Shown in pieces: positions 28,083 to 36,071 of a stretch of 42,155 nucleotides of DNA. The stretch's first letter is position 1. Each line of letters starts with the position of its first letter. Location of the stretch: the NCBI GenBank assembly GCA_026417535.1, contig JAOADB010000005.1:1-42155 (forward strand), read 5' to 3'. The notes below the pieces were generated by a model. The model was not told the DNA's origin. It saw only the letters and a list, made by a program, of their open reading frames with translations, and ran no database searches. Source of the stretch: Caldilineales bacterium. GTDB lineage: Bacteria; Chloroflexota; Anaerolineae; J102. A program made the translations under genes and the position numbers.

Positions 28083-29156
28083 TCAAAGCGTTGCGGAGGC
28101 CGTTCCCACGCCGTCCGGAAACATCACCACTTTGCCGCTCTGGCCGCTTTGCATGACCCGCAGGGCCTTTTCGTAGTCGTCGAGGGCGAAGCGATGGGTG
28201 ATGACTCGGCGCAGGTCAACGGCATGGCCTGCCAGCAGCCCGCGCATCCGGTACCAGGTTGCCCACAGCTCGCGGCCGACGATGCCGTACACGATGGCGC
28301 CTTTCAGGACGATGTGATTGTTCAAATCGAAGGGGATGGCCGACGGCGCCAGGCCCAACATGGCCGCCTCGCCACCGAAACGGAGCAGGCGAAAGCCCAG
28401 GTCCACCGCCTGCGGCGCGCCCGACATTTCCATCAGGACATCTACACCCTCGCCGTCGGTAGCGTCCATGATCACGCGGTAGGCATCCCCCTCGGAGACG
28501 TTCAGGGCCAAGTCGGCGCCCATCTCACGGGCCATGCGCAGCCGGTAGTTCGAGATGTCGGTAGCGTAGATGGCGCGGGCGCCGGCCGCTTTCGCCACCA
28601 TGATCGCCATCAATCCTACCGGACCGCAGCCGGTGACGAGCACCCTTCGGGCCGTCAGGTCGGTGGCAAAGGCCGTGTGCACGGCGTTGCCGAAGTTCTC
28701 CTGCAGGCTGGCCACCTCCAAAGGCATATCGGGCGGGTTGAGCCACAAGTTTTCGGCCGGCATGACGATGTACTCGGCCCAACAGCCGTCTCGGTCTACG
28801 CCGATGATCTGGGTGTTCTGGCAGAGGTGCCCGCGACCGGTGCGGCAGGGCGCGCAGGTGTGGCAGATGATATGGCTCTCGGCCGAGACGAAATCGCCGA
28901 CTTTGACCTCGTTTACCACCTCGCCTACCTCGACCACATAGCCGCAGAACTCATGCCCCACGATCACCGGCGGTTGGATGCGGCTTTGTGCCCAAGGGTC
29001 CCATTTGTAGATGTGCAGATCGGTGCCGCAGATGGAGGTCGCCGCCACCTTGATGAGCACCTCGCGCGGCCCCGGCCGGGGAATAGGGACTTCGACCATT
29101 TTCAGCCCCGGCGAACGGTCGGGCTTGACGATGGCCCGCATGGTTTGCGCGCTCAT
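28083..29156 (-). CDS. tdh: L-threonine 3-dehydrogenase (Zn-dependent MDR family)
   Basis: Collinear with E. coli Tdh: ICGTDLHIYKWDPWAQSRIQPPVIVGHEFCGYVVEVG, ESHIICHTCAPCRTGRGHLCQN, GVDRDGCWAEY, QENFGNAVHTA and VTGCGPVGLMAIMVAKAAGA. The start is uncertain (ATG 29156, 29141 or 29174). Confidence 0.9.
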   Translation of the reverse strand: MSAQTMRAIVKPDRSPGLKMVEVPIPRPGPREVLIKVAATSICGTDLHIYKWDPWAQSRIQPPVIVGHEFCGYVVEVGEVVNEVKVGDFVSAESHIICHTCAPCRTGRGHLCQNTQIIGVDRDGCWAEYIVMPAENLWLNPPDMPLEVASLQENFGNAVHTAFATDLTARRVLVTGCGPVGLMAIMVAKAAGARAIYATDISNYRLRMAREMGADLALNVSEGDAYRVIMDATDGEGVDVLMEMSGAPQAVDLGFRLLRFGGEAAMLGLAPSAIPFDLNNHIVLKGAIVYGIVGRELWATWYRMRGLLAGHAVDLRRVITHRFALDDYEKALRVMQSGQSGKVVMFPDGVGTASATL

Positions 29157-29222
29157 AACGCCTCGCAGTGACATGTGTAGACAAGAGGGTGGTTTTCCAT
29201 TGGGGGTTAGGATGGAAGAACA

Positions 29223-29241
29223 GGACGAATGACGAACGACG
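29223..29241 (+). repeat. Copy of the GACG-rich motif (GGACGAATGACGAACGACG) downstream of the 29253 stop
   Basis: Aligns with 22602-22620 GGACGGAATGCGAACGACG (two single-base indels) and with the minus strand of 665-683. Confidence 0.7.
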
Positions 29242-29252
29242 GGCGAGTCCTC

Positions 29253-30836
29253 TCAATTATCCGGCTGACGATAGACTGCGTCCGTCCATTCGTAAGGGGT
29301 GCGGTCAATCGGCCGGAATACGACCTGGGGCGAATCGGCCGTTGTCGTAACCCACCCGCCCCACAGGGCGATGGGCAGGCCGTCGAAGCCGATAGGCGTG
29401 GGCACGCCCAGAACGGCCGCCCCGCCCTCGCCATAGGTCGTGAACACCCATTGGGCGGCGTAGTCTTGCGGCCAATGCCCCATCTCGCTGCGCCACAGGG
29501 TCCGGAGCGGCCCCTGACGACCGTCGCCGGCCAGGACGGCCAGGGCTTCCAGGGCGATATCCCCTTCTCGGTCGGCTTCGTCCACGGGCCGCCCCACGAC
29601 GGCGAAGATGGCGCCGGCCGCGACCGGTTCCGCCTCGGACGGCCACGGTTCGCGCAGGGTCACCACATAGCGATGGCCGCGGCCATCCTGTTGTCGCCGG
29701 GCCAGGGCGATGGTAAGCCCGTCGCCGCTGACGCGCACGTCGTCTACGACCCCGCGCACGAAAACGACATAACGGTCGGGGAGAGGACGACCTACGGTGA
29801 CCGCGGCGGCAGCGCCGAAGCGTTCCCCGGCGTTGGTCGTGGCCTCCGGCCCCAGTTGCACGGCCGCCACGAGCACCGGTTCGGCCAAAGGAGGGATAAC
29901 GGCAGAGGAGGAGGTCGGCAAGGTCAGCGACGACGGCGTTTGCGCCAGAACGGTCGGCGTCGGTGGGGCCGAACGGCGCTTCAGCAGCTCCTGACCCAAA
30001 ACCAGGGCCAGGACCATCAATGCCACAACGAGCAGCAAGACCAGGCGACGGCGGTTGGCGCGTCGCGGCGTCTGCCAGAAATGGACCAGGATCAACGAAA
30101 CGTTGTCGGGCGCGCCGCGCTCGAGCGCGCGGCCGAGCAGACGGTCCGCAGCCTGATCGAGAGGATAGGCCGCAAGCAAGGTGGCTATCTCCTCATCGCC
30201 GACCAGATTGCTCAGGCCGTCCGAACACAGCAAGAGCCGATCGCCGGGCTGCGTCCGCAGGCGAAACAGGTCGGGTTCGGGGTTGCGATTGGGCCCCAAC
30301 GAATGGGTGATGACGTTGCGATACGGATGGTGATCGGCTTCGGCCGGACTGAGAAGACCCGCGGCCACCTGTTCGGCCACCCAGGAGTGATCGCGTGTGA
30401 GCCGATGGAGCTGTCCTTCGCGAAAAAGATAGGCGCGGCTATCGCCCACATTGGCCACCAGCAGCTCACCGTCACGCCAGAGCGCGGCGACCAGGGTAGT
30501 TCCCATCCCGGTACGGTCGCTGGTGGCCGCAGCCTGTTGGCAAATCACCTCGTTCGCGGTAGCAATCGCTGTGGTCAGGGCTTCGGCCAGGGGGCGCCGA
30601 TGCTCGCCGTAATAGGCCCGGAAGACGGTTTCGATGCCCAGACGGCTTGCGACTTCGCCCGCGGCATGACCGCCCATACCGTCGGCAACGGCAAAAAGGT
30701 GGCCCCGTTCGGCGAGCACCTTATCGTCCAGGTGCAAGGTCATGCGCCAGTCGAGTACGGTGCCGACGGCGTCCTCGTTGATTTCGCGGACGTTGCCCTT
30801 ATCGGTGCGCACCTGAACTTCGTAGAGCGCGGTCAT
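29253..30836 (-). CDS. PP2C-family Ser/Thr phosphatase with TM helix and ~230-aa C-terminal extracytoplasmic domain of unknown type
   Basis: Contains REINEDAV, FAVADGMGGHAAGEVAS, GTTLVAAL, VANVGDSRAYL, LLLCSDGLSN and GAPDNVSLILV. This is followed by the stop-transfer segment RRANRRRLVLLLVVALMVLALVLG. Confidence 0.88.
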   Translation of the reverse strand: MTALYEVQVRTDKGNVREINEDAVGTVLDWRMTLHLDDKVLAERGHLFAVADGMGGHAAGEVASRLGIETVFRAYYGEHRRPLAEALTTAIATANEVICQQAAATSDRTGMGTTLVAALWRDGELLVANVGDSRAYLFREGQLHRLTRDHSWVAEQVAAGLLSPAEADHHPYRNVITHSLGPNRNPEPDLFRLRTQPGDRLLLCSDGLSNLVGDEEIATLLAAYPLDQAADRLLGRALERGAPDNVSLILVHFWQTPRRANRRRLVLLLVVALMVLALVLGQELLKRRSAPPTPTVLAQTPSSLTLPTSSSAVIPPLAEPVLVAAVQLGPEATTNAGERFGAAAAVTVGRPLPDRYVVFVRGVVDDVRVSGDGLTIALARRQQDGRGHRYVVTLREPWPSEAEPVAAGAIFAVVGRPVDEADREGDIALEALAVLAGDGRQGPLRTLWRSEMGHWPQDYAAQWVFTTYGEGGAAVLGVPTPIGFDGLPIALWGGWVTTTADSPQVVFRPIDRTPYEWTDAVYRQPDN

Positions 30837-30842
30837 AGGCCG

Positions 30843-30871
30843 ATTGTACCATCCCGGCGGGCGTTTGCTAA
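30843..30871 (-). promoter_or_regulatory. Promoter with extended -10 placed 6 nt from the ATG (leaderless configuration) for the PP2C gene
   Basis: On the minus strand: TTAGCA (30866-30871), 17-nt spacer, TGGTACAAT (30843-30851), 6 nt CGGCCT, then ATG 30836. No SD. Confidence 0.5.
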
Positions 30872-31052
30872 CCGGCCGCCAGCCGCAAAAGCCCCCGATT
30901 CCTTCGTTTTTCCCGAAGCTCTGTGAACCCCTCCGCCTTCTTCGCCCATGCCGGGCTTTGGCTCCTCACGAACCGGCGCACGACGGAAACCGGAGAAGCC
31001 CCGACCTCCGGAGTTCCCCTTTCGGCAGCTGTAAATACCGTACGCGCCGGAC

Positions 31053-31964
31053 TTATTCGTGGCGATAGATGGCGCGGAGTTCTTCCGGGGCTTGGGCGAC
31101 CTTGAGATGCGTCAAAACGGCCCGCAGCAGGCCGACATCCTGGATGGCGGTGATTTCGGGCAATAGCCGCAGACCCGCAGCGCCAAAGCGTAATTCCAGG
31201 CCCACGGCAATGGCTTCCAGTAACCCGGTGCGCAGGCCCTCTTGCAGGCCCTTCGCCAGGCCTTCCTGCAGGCCCTTCGCCAGGCCCTCCTGGAGGCCCT
31301 TTTCCAGGCCCTCTTGCAGGCCTTCTTCCTTGATCATCTGATAGGCGTAGGATTCGACCATGATGTCCCTCCGTTTGGCGAACAGTTGGGCAGACAGTTG
31401 GCGTGAAACCAGACCCGACATAATGGCCAGGACGGTCAACATGTCCACCTTGTCGTCTCGTGGCAACTCGCTCTCGTAGAGCAAGCGGTCGGCCTGTTCG
31501 GCCCAGCGCAGGCCATCTCGCATGAGCGGCACGAGGGGTAACAAACACACCACGCCCTCGGCGATGATGGCCGCAGCGTCGAGTTCGTAGACCTTGATGA
31601 GCTGAAAGCGATAAGTGACCTCGTTGTCCTGATAGAAATCAACGGCCGCTTGCGAAGGCCGCAACAGGAGCACACCGCTCAGGGTTTCCTCGTCATGGAG
31701 GATTTTGTAGCGGGTGCGGTATTCCAGAAGCCGCAGGGGCAGCAGGGGGTCCCATTTGCTCTGGAGTTCGAGCACAACGAGGAAGCGTTGCCCGTCCTCG
31801 GTGTGCACCAGGAGGGGATAATCGCTGCGGCGGAGGGTAGTGGTCTCCTGGGGCAGCAGTTCGAGGACGGTGCCGGCGGTGACGGGGATGCCGAAGAAAC
31901 GGCGGAGGATTTTGCTGCTGCAGCGGGCGAGGAGCACCTTGGCAGCGATGTCGTAGGGTGTCAT
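31053..31964 (-). CDS. Rpn-family recombination-promoting nuclease / putative transposase (PD-(D/E)XK N-domain + DUF4351-like C-domain), 303 aa
   Basis: Contains RSDYPLLVHTEDGQRFLVVLELQSKWDPLLPLRLLEY (D...E-x-Q-x-K nuclease core), a C-terminal (QEGLxKGL)x4 repeat and LLRAVL...APEEL. From memory this matches the YhgA/Rpn family. Confidence 0.7.
   Translation of the reverse strand: MTPYDIAAKVLLARCSSKILRRFFGIPVTAGTVLELLPQETTTLRRSDYPLLVHTEDGQRFLVVLELQSKWDPLLPLRLLEYRTRYKILHDEETLSGVLLLRPSQAAVDFYQDNEVTYRFQLIKVYELDAAAIIAEGVVCLLPLVPLMRDGLRWAEQADRLLYESELPRDDKVDMLTVLAIMSGLVSRQLSAQLFAKRRDIMVESYAYQMIKEEGLQEGLEKGLQEGLAKGLQEGLAKGLQEGLRTGLLEAIAVGLELRFGAAGLRLLPEITAIQDVGLLRAVLTHLKVAQAPEELRAIYRHE
31236..31331. 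repeat. Four imperfect 24-nt tandem repeats inside the Rpn gene (encode QEGLxKGL units)
   Basis: The units are GCCCTCTTGCAGGCCCTTCGCCAG / GCCTTCCTGCAGGCCCTTCGCCAG / GCCCTCCTGGAGGCCCTTTTCCAG / GCCCTCTTGCAGGCCTTCTTCCTT. Confidence 0.9.
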
Positions 31965-32011
31965 GATGCCCTTCCGAGGAGAGGAGTGGTTCGGTCGGGT
32001 GGTACAAGGCT

Positions 32012-32020
32012 ATTGTAGCA
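32012..32020 (-). promoter_or_regulatory. Extended -10 element (TGCTACAAT) upstream of the Rpn gene
   Basis: The minus strand reads TGCTACAAT, the same 9-mer as at 38946-38954. GGAAGGG lies 5 nt before ATG 31964. No clear -35. Confidence 0.4.
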
Positions 32021-32179
32021 TAAATCCTCGTCCCCGTTGCGCTTCCGCGCGCCATCCCTTCCCCATCTTGCCAAACCGGACGAAGGCGAACAAACAACGA
32101 CGGGTGGTCCCAACTTCGTTTTCCGTCCTTCATCCCCCTTTGTCGGCTCCGCTCGGGGCGGCGGGCCAATGCCGACACC

Positions 32180-35100
32180 CTACATGTCAAACAGGCTGAG
32201 CTGCTCGGCGACCGGCCGCGAGGGCGGCCGTGAGGGGCGGTCGTCGCGTTCGAGCTGCTTGAGCGCGGCGGCGATGTCGTCGAGAAAGCGGCTGGGTTGG
32301 GGGCGGAGCTGTTGGCCGAAGAGAAAACGGCTGCGGGCGTAGGTGAGGATAAGCCGACGCCGGGCCCGCGTCATGCCGACGTAAAAGAGCCGCCGTTCCT
32401 CGGCTACATCGGTCGTCTTGCCCTCGCGGAGGTAGGGCAAAAGACCCTCTTCGCAGCCGACGATGAACACGACAGGAAACTCCAGACCCTTGGCCGCATG
32501 GAGCGTCATCAGCGCGACTCGGTCGGCGCGCGGGTCGTAGGCATCGGCCTCGGTGTACAGGGCCATCGCTTCCAGAAAGGCCTGCGGGTCGGCGCCGAAA
32601 TCCAGGCTGCGACGGACAAGCTGTTGTAACCGCTCTCGATCGGCGGCGCTCAACCGTCCCCGGTCCAGGTCGGCGGCAATCCGCTCCAACAATCCGGCCA
32701 CCGGCGCCGGGTCGGGACGCGCGGCGTCTCGCTCGAGTCGTCGTAGCCGTTCCAGGGCCTCTTGTACGACCCGATAGGCCGTCAGCGGCGTTTGACCCAC
32801 CACCTGATAGGGGAAACCTGCCCGCTCGAATGCCTCGACTAAGGCCTGGTTCTGCCCGTGCACGCGATAGAGCACGGCGAAATCGGCAAAACCCTGCGCC
32901 GTGGCCTCGTGACCGGTGGCCCGACCCGAATCGAGGGCAAAGTAGCTGCTCCCGCCCAGCATCCCCTCGATCTGGCGGACGACGAACTCGGCCTCGGCTC
33001 GCTCTGTGGCAGCCGCGTGGACGGTCACCCGCACCGCATCGGTGAACTCCGACCACAACCGCGGCGACTGCCAGGGCGCCTCGCGGGCGATGACCTGGCC
33101 GGCGGCATCGAGAATGAGCTGGGTAGAGCGGTAATTCTGCTCCAGGACGAGCTGCCGTGCCTGTGGATAGTCCTCGGTGAAACGAAGGAAATAGCGATGG
33201 TCGGCCCCGCGAAAGCCGTAAATGGCCTGATTGGGGTCGCCGATGACGCACAGATTGGCGCCATCGGCCGTCAGCAGCCGCAACAGCCGGTATTGGGCCA
33301 GGTTGATATCCTGGTACTCGTCCACGGCGATCCAGCGATAGCGCGCCTGCAAGGCTGCCAGCACATCGGGGTGTTCCTCCAACAGTCGCACGGTCAGGAA
33401 AACCAGATCGTCGAAATCCACGGCCCCGTGCCGGCGCAATTCGGCTTGATAGTCCCGATAGGCCGCCATGAAATCGGGATCGGCGGCAAAGCCCACCTCT
33501 TCGGATCCCGTCGTCGCTCCCGCTTCAGGGGACACGAGGCGATTCTTGGCCACGGTGATTTGCTCCAACAGGGCCGCAACGGCTTCGGCCGAGCGATCGG
33601 GTCGACAACGGGTCAGCCATTCCCGACGCTCATCCTCCGTCAGAATGACGAAATGCGGGTCCAGACCGACAAGGGCCGCCCATTGCCGCAGGACTTGGGC
33701 GCCAAAGGCATGGAAGGTCTTGATGGTCAGTCGCGCCGTTGTCTCGGCGCCGAGCAAGGCCGTTAGCCGCGTGGCCATTTCTCCGGCCGCCTTGTTCGTA
33801 AACGTGATGGCCAGGATGGACTCGGGCGCCACGCCCAGAACCCGCACCAGGTAGGCGATGCGGGTGGTGAGGGTGCGGGTTTTGCCCGTGCCGGGGCCGG
33901 CCACGATGACCAGCGGCCGGTCCGTGCAGAGCACGGATTCGCGTTGGGCCGGGTTGAGGCCCGCCAGCAGGTCATCGGCGACCGGCGGCGTTGGCCATGG
34001 GAAGCCCGGTTGAGAAGGCGATATGACCGGCGCAACCGTCGGCCGCAGCGTTGGCACGGCCACAGGCGCCTCGAAGCGCGGGGGCGGTTCCTGTACGGTC
34101 GGCGCGACCTCGTCGAACAAATCGGGTTGCCGAGGGCCGCTCTCGGCTTCTGCGGCGAAGACCCGGATGACCCCGTACTCGCCATCGTAGCCGGGGATGG
34201 TGGTCACCTCTCCGCGGCGCATACGGCCGATGCCGACGGCCAGCCTGTCGCCGCCGACGGCAGCGATGGCCTCCAGGGGCAGGTCGAGCAGAATGCTCAG
34301 CTCCGGGCCGAGGGTGGCCAGTAACCGCTCGTAGGCCTGCGCCACGACCTTGCCGCCGCCGACGCCGTGGAGCTCGGCCAGCAACTCGGGCAGGGGGATC
34401 AGGCGGTAGTAGGGCGCGGCTCCGGGCTTGGGTTCCCCTTCGGGCCGGTCGGCCAGGGTTTCGACCCGGTGATAGACGCCCACCGTGACCGGTTTGCCGC
34501 AGACAGGACAAAGGCCCCCGTGGGCCAGGGTCGTGGCCGGTTCCCAACGCACCCCGCATTGGCGATGGCCGTCGTAGTGGTATTTGCCTTCTTCCGGGAA
34601 AAACTCGATGGTGCCGCCGAAGCAGGTCGGGTCGGCGCGACGCATGGCCACGAAGATGGCATCGTAGCTCAGCTCGCCTGTGAACAGGGTGGCCTCGCGA
34701 CCCAGTTTGGCCGGCGAGTGGGCATCCGAATTCGAAACCAGGGTATAGCGGTCCAGCCCGGACACGCGCCAGTTCATGGGCGGATCGGAACTGAGGCCGG
34801 TCTCCAGGGCGAAGATGTGGCCTGTCAGGTCGCCGAAGCATTCTTCCACGCTGTCGTAGCCCGACATCGAACCGAGTAGGGCGAACCAGGGCGTCCAGAT
34901 GTGGGCCGGGATAAGATGGCAGCGCGGGTCTAGCTCCAGCAGGATCTCGAGCAGGTCGCGCGAAGGCAGGCCCAGGATGGGGCGTCCATCGCTGCGGATG
35001 TTGCCGATCCGTTCCAATCGCGCCTGCAGACGGCCCACCGTGACCAGGTCAGGTGCAAAAACGATATGGTGCACCTTGCGCGTCTTGCCGGCCTTTTTGT

Positions 35101-35392
35101 AGATGGTGCTGATCTCGCCGGCCAGGAGGAAACGGACCTCGCCTCGACAGGCCGGCGGCACCTGCGCGGCCACGATCCGGGCCAGATCGGGCTTGAGCCG
35201 ATACAACCCCGCCTCGGCCGGTTCCAGTTGGTCTTGCAGCTCTTGCAACCAGCCGGGATGGGTGATGTCGCCAGTGCCGACGACGTGCACGCCCTTGAGC
35301 TGGGCCCAGCGGGCCAGCTCGGGCAGGGTCAGGTCTTTGCTGGTGGCGCGGGAGTAGTGAGAGTGGATGTGCAGGTCGGCGACGAAGCGCAT
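32180..35392 (-). CDS. Fusion protein: N-terminal endonuclease-Q-like PHP nuclease (~aa 1-412) + Pro-rich linker + C-terminal UvrD/PcrA-type SF1 helicase (~aa 473-1070)
   Basis: The N-domain has MRFVADLHIHSHYSRATS, VHHIVFAP, IPAHIWTPWF, NSDAHSP and a Cys cluster (HRQCG...GGLCPVCGKP). The helicase part has AGPGTGKTRT (I), ILAITFTNKAAGEM (Ia), IAVDEYQDIN (II), VIGDPNQAIYGFRGAD (III), EQNYRST (IV), LMTLHAAKGLEFPVVFIV and RRLFYVGMTRARRRL (V/VI). ATG 35392 lies 7 nt after the regulator stop. Confidence 0.85.
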   Translation of the reverse strand: MRFVADLHIHSHYSRATSKDLTLPELARWAQLKGVHVVGTGDITHPGWLQELQDQLEPAEAGLYRLKPDLARIVAAQVPPACRGEVRFLLAGEISTIYKKAGKTRKVHHIVFAPDLVTVGRLQARLERIGNIRSDGRPILGLPSRDLLEILLELDPRCHLIPAHIWTPWFALLGSMSGYDSVEECFGDLTGHIFALETGLSSDPPMNWRVSGLDRYTLVSNSDAHSPAKLGREATLFTGELSYDAIFVAMRRADPTCFGGTIEFFPEEGKYHYDGHRQCGVRWEPATTLAHGGLCPVCGKPVTVGVYHRVETLADRPEGEPKPGAAPYYRLIPLPELLAELHGVGGGKVVAQAYERLLATLGPELSILLDLPLEAIAAVGGDRLAVGIGRMRRGEVTTIPGYDGEYGVIRVFAAEAESGPRQPDLFDEVAPTVQEPPPRFEAPVAVPTLRPTVAPVISPSQPGFPWPTPPVADDLLAGLNPAQRESVLCTDRPLVIVAGPGTGKTRTLTTRIAYLVRVLGVAPESILAITFTNKAAGEMATRLTALLGAETTARLTIKTFHAFGAQVLRQWAALVGLDPHFVILTEDERREWLTRCRPDRSAEAVAALLEQITVAKNRLVSPEAGATTGSEEVGFAADPDFMAAYRDYQAELRRHGAVDFDDLVFLTVRLLEEHPDVLAALQARYRWIAVDEYQDINLAQYRLLRLLTADGANLCVIGDPNQAIYGFRGADHRYFLRFTEDYPQARQLVLEQNYRSTQLILDAAGQVIAREAPWQSPRLWSEFTDAVRVTVHAAATERAEAEFVVRQIEGMLGGSSYFALDSGRATGHEATAQGFADFAVLYRVHGQNQALVEAFERAGFPYQVVGQTPLTAYRVVQEALERLRRLERDAARPDPAPVAGLLERIAADLDRGRLSAADRERLQQLVRRSLDFGADPQAFLEAMALYTEADAYDPRADRVALMTLHAAKGLEFPVVFIVGCEEGLLPYLREGKTTDVAEERRLFYVGMTRARRRLILTYARSRFLFGQQLRPQPSRFLDDIAAALKQLERDDRPSRPPSRPVAEQLSLFDM

Positions 35393-35399
35393 TGTGGGG

Positions 35400-36071
35400 T
35401 CAGGGGGTATTGTCGGAGGCAAGCAGGCCCAATTCGCGCGCCCGCAGGGCAGCTTGGGTGCGATCACGGGCGCCGATCTTGTTCAGGATGTTGGTGACGT
35501 AGTTTTTGACTGTGCCTTCGGCCAGGTACAGACGTTCGGCGATCTCGCGGTTGGTCAGGCCTTCGGCCAGCAACCGCAGCACCTCGTGCTCGCGTTCGGA
35601 CAGGGGTTCGGGCAACCGCGCTGGTGAGGATGGCGTCGGTCGCAAGCGGGCCAGCTCGGCCACGACCTTACGCGCGACCGACGGTTCGATGAGCACGCCC
35701 CCGGCCATGACGGTGCGGATAGCCTCGACCAGGTCGTGGACGGACACGTCCTTGAGCAGATAACCCAGCGCGCCCCCGCGCAGACCCTCGAACACGTACT
35801 CATCGTCGTCGAAGGTGGTCAGGATGATGACGCGGGCGCCCGGAAAACGGCCGATGAGCCGTCGGGTGGCTTCAACCCCGTCCATCACCGGCATACGCAC
35901 GTCCATCAGCACCACATCGGGCCGGAGTCGTTCGTAGGCGGTCAGCGCTTCCTCGCCGTTGCCGGCCTCGCCGACCACCTCCACGCCCGGTTCCAGCTCG
36001 AGCAGGGTGCGCAAGCCCTCGCGCATCAACCGCTGATCGTCCACCAGCAACACGCGGATGGTTTCAGGCAT
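35400..36071 (-). CDS. NarL/LuxR-family response regulator (REC + HTH), 223 aa
   Basis: Contains IRVLLVDDQRLMREGL...PDVVLMDVRMPVMDG (REC domain) and LSEREHEVLRLLAEGLTNREIAERLYLAEGTVKNYVTNIL (LuxR HTH). Its ATG overlaps the kinase stop (ATGCCTGA). Confidence 0.92.
   Translation of the reverse strand: MPETIRVLLVDDQRLMREGLRTLLELEPGVEVVGEAGNGEEALTAYERLRPDVVLMDVRMPVMDGVEATRRLIGRFPGARVIILTTFDDDEYVFEGLRGGALGYLLKDVSVHDLVEAIRTVMAGGVLIEPSVARKVVAELARLRPTPSSPARLPEPLSEREHEVLRLLAEGLTNREIAERLYLAEGTVKNYVTNILNKIGARDRTQAALRARELGLLASDNTP

Noticed and set aside
32187-33251. 354-aa alternative minus-strand frame inside the helicase gene
   Set aside because: It is Arg/Pro/Gly-rich and out of frame with a complete set of UvrD motifs.
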